Below, one piece after another: positions 59,011 through 64,000 of a DNA stretch of 64,000 bases. The stretch spans positions 384,001 to 448,000 of the forward strand of contig JBPOGI010000001.1 of assembly GCA_051251855.1 (NCBI GenBank). Reading direction: 5' to 3'. This DNA comes from Roseibacillus sp. GTDB taxonomy: Bacteria; Verrucomicrobiota; Verrucomicrobiia; Verrucomicrobiales; Akkermansiaceae. The notes under the pieces are model-generated. The model had not been told where the DNA came from. It saw only the letters and a list, made by a program, of their open reading frames with translations, and made no database searches. Made by a program: the position numbers and the translations under genes. The first letter of the stretch is position 1. Every line of letters starts with the position of its first letter.

Positions 59011-59129
59011 GATGATTTGAGAAAGGATGAAATAGGGGGTGAAACGTTAGCGAATGGCTACAATTCACCTATTATAGCAAGCCCGAAGACTTGCGAAGGC
59101 GAGTTTCTTGGAGATTACAGGGATTTTCG

Positions 59130-60926
59130 TCAAGGATTATTGCTGTCGTGCAGCATGTTCCCGATCTCTTTCGCTTCGCTAAGCAGGGATTGAATCTGAG
59201 TTGAATCGAGGCTGGCTGAGTTGAGTTCTGAAGAAATTTGATCGAGACGCTTTTGGAGAGATTTGCGAGCAAGCAGGCCAAGGGCCTTGGTGGCGTGGTC
59301 GAGGGCATCGGCGGGGGCTGGCTTTTCGAGAGCGGCGGAGAGGGTGAGGGCGTCTTCGGGGGGGACGCCCCCTAGGTAGCGGTTGATGGAGGCCGGTTGG
59401 GTGGGGTCGGGGCGGTGGCCGATGATGCTGATGAGGGTTTCGTGGCCTGGGAGATTGGCGAGGGCTTCGATGAGGCTTTCAGTTTGCTCGCAGAGCCAGT
59501 CTTGGACTTCTTTGGATTGAAGAGCGAATTGGCAGAGGAGGAGGACGCTGGGGTCGTAGGCGCGTGCTTCGACTTTCTTGGATTGTTCCTCTTTGGGCTG
59601 ATAGCTTTTTTCTTCTTTAGCGCGGGTGAAGGATTCGCGGAATTCGGGGAGGCCGATGCCGAGACGGGTGGCGCAGTGGGCGAGAAGAGAGTCGCGCACG
59701 ACGGGGTCGGAGATTTTTTTGAGATAGACGGCGAGGGAGTTGGCGAAGCGGCCGCGATTGAGAGGTTGGGCGAGGTCGACGTTCTTCTGGGCAAAGTCGA
59801 TTTGGTAGTCGAAGAAGCCACTGGCGCGGTCGATGAGAGTGCGGAAGGCTTCGGGGCCATCTGCTTTGATGAGGGAGTCGGGGTCTTGTTTCTCGGGAAG
59901 GGGAGCGACGCGGACTTCGAGGCCGAAATCGGAAAGTTCGGTGAAGGCTTTTCCTGCAGCTTTGTGGCCGGCGGCGTCGGAGTCGTAGCAGAGGACGACT
60001 TTATCCGTGTAGCGCTTGATAAGGCGGGCGTGGTCCGAGGTGAGGGCGGTGCCGAGACCGGCGACGGTGTTTTCGAAACCGGCTTCGTGGCAAGCGATAA
60101 CATCGATCTGACCTTCGCAGACGAGAGCGAATTTTTCTTTGCCGATAGCACGCTTGGCTTTGTCGAGGCCGAAGAAGACTTTGGACTTTTTGAAAAGGGC
60201 GGTCTCGGGAGAGTTGATGTATTTACCGGAGTTTTTGTCTTCAACCAATTGACGACCAGAGTAGGCGATGATGTCGCCGTAGTCGTTGTGGATGGGAAAC
60301 ATGAGGCGGTCGCGAAAGCGGAGGTAGAGGCCGGCGCGCGGGTTGCCTTCGTCCTTGGGGGAGGCCATGCCGGTGCCGCAAAGTTCGCGGCCGTTGAAGC
60401 CTTCCTTTTTGGCCCAATCGAGGAAGAGCTTCGGATTGGCTGGCATCCAGCCGACGAGCCAGCGTTCGGCCATTTCTTTGCCGTAGCCGCGGCCCTTGAG
60501 GTAGGCGCGAGCGTGACCGGCATCGGGATGACTGACGAGGAGTTCATGCATGTAGCGGGCGGCTTTGTTTTGAAGCTCAAGCATACGGGAACGAATGCGA
60601 CGTGCGCGGATCGCTTCGGGGTCTTCGGCCTCTTCGATGATGGGAACACCGGCGCGTTTGGCGAGTTCGCGAATGGCGTCGGGGAAGGGGAGGTTTTGGT
60701 AGTTCATCATCCACCCGATGGCGTCTCCGCTAGCGCCACAGCCAAAGCACTTGTAGCGCTGCATGTGAGGGGTGACGTAGAACGAGGGGGTCTTTTCGTT
60801 ATGAAAAGGGCAGTTGGCGCGAAATTGAGAACCTGCACGGCGTAGGGGAACCATGGCGTTGATCAGATCGACGATGTCGGTCTGGGCAAGGACGAGTTCC
60901 TTAGTCTCTGGAGGTATGGTTCCCAC
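59130..60926 (-). CDS. dnaG: DNA primase
   Basis: CPFHNEKTPSF, CFGCG, KYINSPET, EGQID, YDSD.AG, DPD. Confidence 0.96.
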   Translation of the reverse strand: MGTIPPETKELVLAQTDIVDLINAMVPLRRAGSQFRANCPFHNEKTPSFYVTPHMQRYKCFGCGASGDAIGWMMNYQNLPFPDAIRELAKRAGVPIIEEAEDPEAIRARRIRSRMLELQNKAARYMHELLVSHPDAGHARAYLKGRGYGKEMAERWLVGWMPANPKLFLDWAKKEGFNGRELCGTGMASPKDEGNPRAGLYLRFRDRLMFPIHNDYGDIIAYSGRQLVEDKNSGKYINSPETALFKKSKVFFGLDKAKRAIGKEKFALVCEGQIDVIACHEAGFENTVAGLGTALTSDHARLIKRYTDKVVLCYDSDAAGHKAAGKAFTELSDFGLEVRVAPLPEKQDPDSLIKADGPEAFRTLIDRASGFFDYQIDFAQKNVDLAQPLNRGRFANSLAVYLKKISDPVVRDSLLAHCATRLGIGLPEFRESFTRAKEEKSYQPKEEQSKKVEARAYDPSVLLLCQFALQSKEVQDWLCEQTESLIEALANLPGHETLISIIGHRPDPTQPASINRYLGGVPPEDALTLSAALEKPAPADALDHATKALGLLARKSLQKRLDQISSELNSASLDSTQIQSLLSEAKEIGNMLHDSNNP

Positions 60927-61245
60927 GTGGATGGATTGAACGATTTGCTGAGGGGGTTGGCAAGTCGAGGTGGGGGAGTTTTTTGGACAGGATTTACAGG
61001 ATTAAGCAGGATCTTTTTGGGGAGCGTTTTTGGATCGGTGTGTTTTTCACAGAAGGCCGCAAAGGTCGCAAAAGATTGTCTTGGGGCGTGGCTTTTTAAG
61101 CCGCTGAGGTTGACCGCTTCTTTGGAAGGCTGCTAATTCGACTTGGATCTAAAGGGGGGAATGTGTGCAGGCCTAACCTGACCTTTCCAAGTTTTCAGGT
61201 TGCGGCTTGGAAAGACCACGCTCCCGATTGGACGGGCCGCTTGGG

Positions 61246-62855
<1,610 letters not shown>

Positions 62856-62859
<4 letters not shown>

Positions 62860-63620
62860 GGCTGTGTTGTTGTGTGTGATTGGAGGAGGCTTTCGAGAAG
62901 TGGAACTTGTTCGGGAGTGTCGAGACCGATGGCTTCGTGTTCTGTTAGAACGACTTGGATGCGTGCTCCATGGTGCAAGGCGCGCAATTGTTCAAGCGAT
63001 TCCGCAACTTCAATGGGCGCGGGGGGCCAGGTGACGAAGTTTTGCAGGAAATCGGCGCGGTATCCGTAGAGGCCGATGTGGCGGTGAGGTTGCACGGCGT
63101 CGTCGGTGCGCGGGTAGGGAATGGGCGCTCGTGAGAAATAGAGGGCGTCGTTTTTGGCATTGAGAACGACTTTGACGATATTGGGGTCCTGTAGCTGGGT
63201 TGAATCTTTAAGCGGAGAAGCAGCGGTGATGAGGTCAATGCCTGAATCAGCAGCGAGGAGTTCGACCAGTTGATCGACGAGGGAGGGGTCGATGAGGGGT
63301 TCGTCGCCTTGAATATTGATGAAGTGTGATGCGGATGGGAATTGGGCGGCGGCCTCGGCAATGCGGTCTGTACCGGTGGGATGCTCGGCGGAGGTCATGA
63401 CGACGGTGGCTCCGAAGGCTTCGGCGGCTTCCTTAATGCGCTCGTCATCGGTGGCGACGACAATGGCGTCGAGCTTTTGGCATTCGAGGGTTCGCTCGAA
63501 GACGTGTTGGAGAAGAGGTTTCCCGCAGAGATGAAAAAGGGGCTTCCCAGGGAAGCGGCTTGAGGACCATCGGGCAGGGATGATTCCTATGATTTGCGGA
63601 GATTCGGCTGACGAGTTCAA
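62856..63620 (-). CDS. kdsB: 3-deoxy-manno-octulosonate cytidylyltransferase
   Basis: [49 protein letters not shown]; exact start uncertain. Confidence 0.94.
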
Positions 63621-63750
63621 GCGGTGAGCATGGGTTTCGAGACACTAGGAAAATAATCGGACGTAAGCCAAGGTTTTGCGGCAATGGTGACGAACTTTCC
63701 GCATGATTGAATGGACGGGAGGGGTCTCTGGTTGCTTAGGTTCGAAAGAG

Positions 63751-64000
63751 ATGAAGGAAGTCACGGAAGCGTTTGGTTGGATCGACTGGGGGATCGTGGC
63801 GCTGTATATGGTCTTTACGACTGTTTTGGGCGAGCGTCTCTCTGGTAAGCAGTCGACGATTAAGGACTTCTTCCTCGGAGGAAAGTCATTGCCTTGGTGG
63901 GCGGTGACGGGGTCGATGATTGCCACTGAGATCAGTGCGCTGACTTTTATCGGGGTTCCGGGGGGGGTCTATGCGGCGCAAGGGGATTGGACGTATTTGC
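63751..64000 (+). CDS. Sodium:solute symporter family protein, runs off the window end (absent from the ORF track)
   Basis: MKEVTEAFGWIDWGIVALY...DFFLGGKSLPWWAVTGSMIATEISALTFIGVPG. Confidence 0.88.
   Translation, partial: MKEVTEAFGWIDWGIVALYMVFTTVLGERLSGKQSTIKDFFLGGKSLPWWAVTGSMIATEISALTFIGVPGGVYAAQGDWTYL

Noticed and set aside
59372..60845. Long alternative ORFs (425 and 482 aa) overlapping dnaG, and similar ones over rpoD, pyrG, sufS, ppsA and atpD
   Set aside because: Shadow frames produced by codon bias in conserved genes; low-complexity translations

Overview
Bacterial chromosomal window, probably Verrucomicrobiota (inferred from the C-terminal domains of the exported proteins, the PocR/AraC-type regulator and the REP-like repeats). 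A minus-strand tRNA-Tyr(GTA) at 47299-47381 divides it. To the right (47.5-64 kb) are mostly housekeeping genes: rRNA methyltransferase, Fe3+-type ABC permease, rplI, sufE-sufS, rpoD-dnaG, pyrG-kdsB and a partial Na+:solute symporter. To the left (1-47.3 kb) is an accessory, partly decayed island. It carries an alpha-glucan phosphorylase, two large exported proteins with a shared type of C-terminal domain, an AraC regulator plus NarX/NarL-like two-component system, a USP/cytochrome c/DksA/cbpA-cbpM cluster, an ADP-forming acyl-CoA ligase, YeeE/YedE-ZIP genes (partly duplicated), gpmA, an SDR, an RbbA-type ABC efflux set, and a complete N-ATPase operon directly downstream of ppsA and glgX. Unannotated remnants of an integrase, a Zn-alcohol dehydrogenase and a P-type ATPase are visible, along with two in-frame amber codons and a frameshift. 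The best candidate for an undescribed system is a glycogen-fuelled, N-ATPase-coupled stress/low-oxygen survival module with uncharacterised lipoprotein cytochromes c and a duplicated coiled-coil protein. All calls come from reading motifs by eye; no searches were run.
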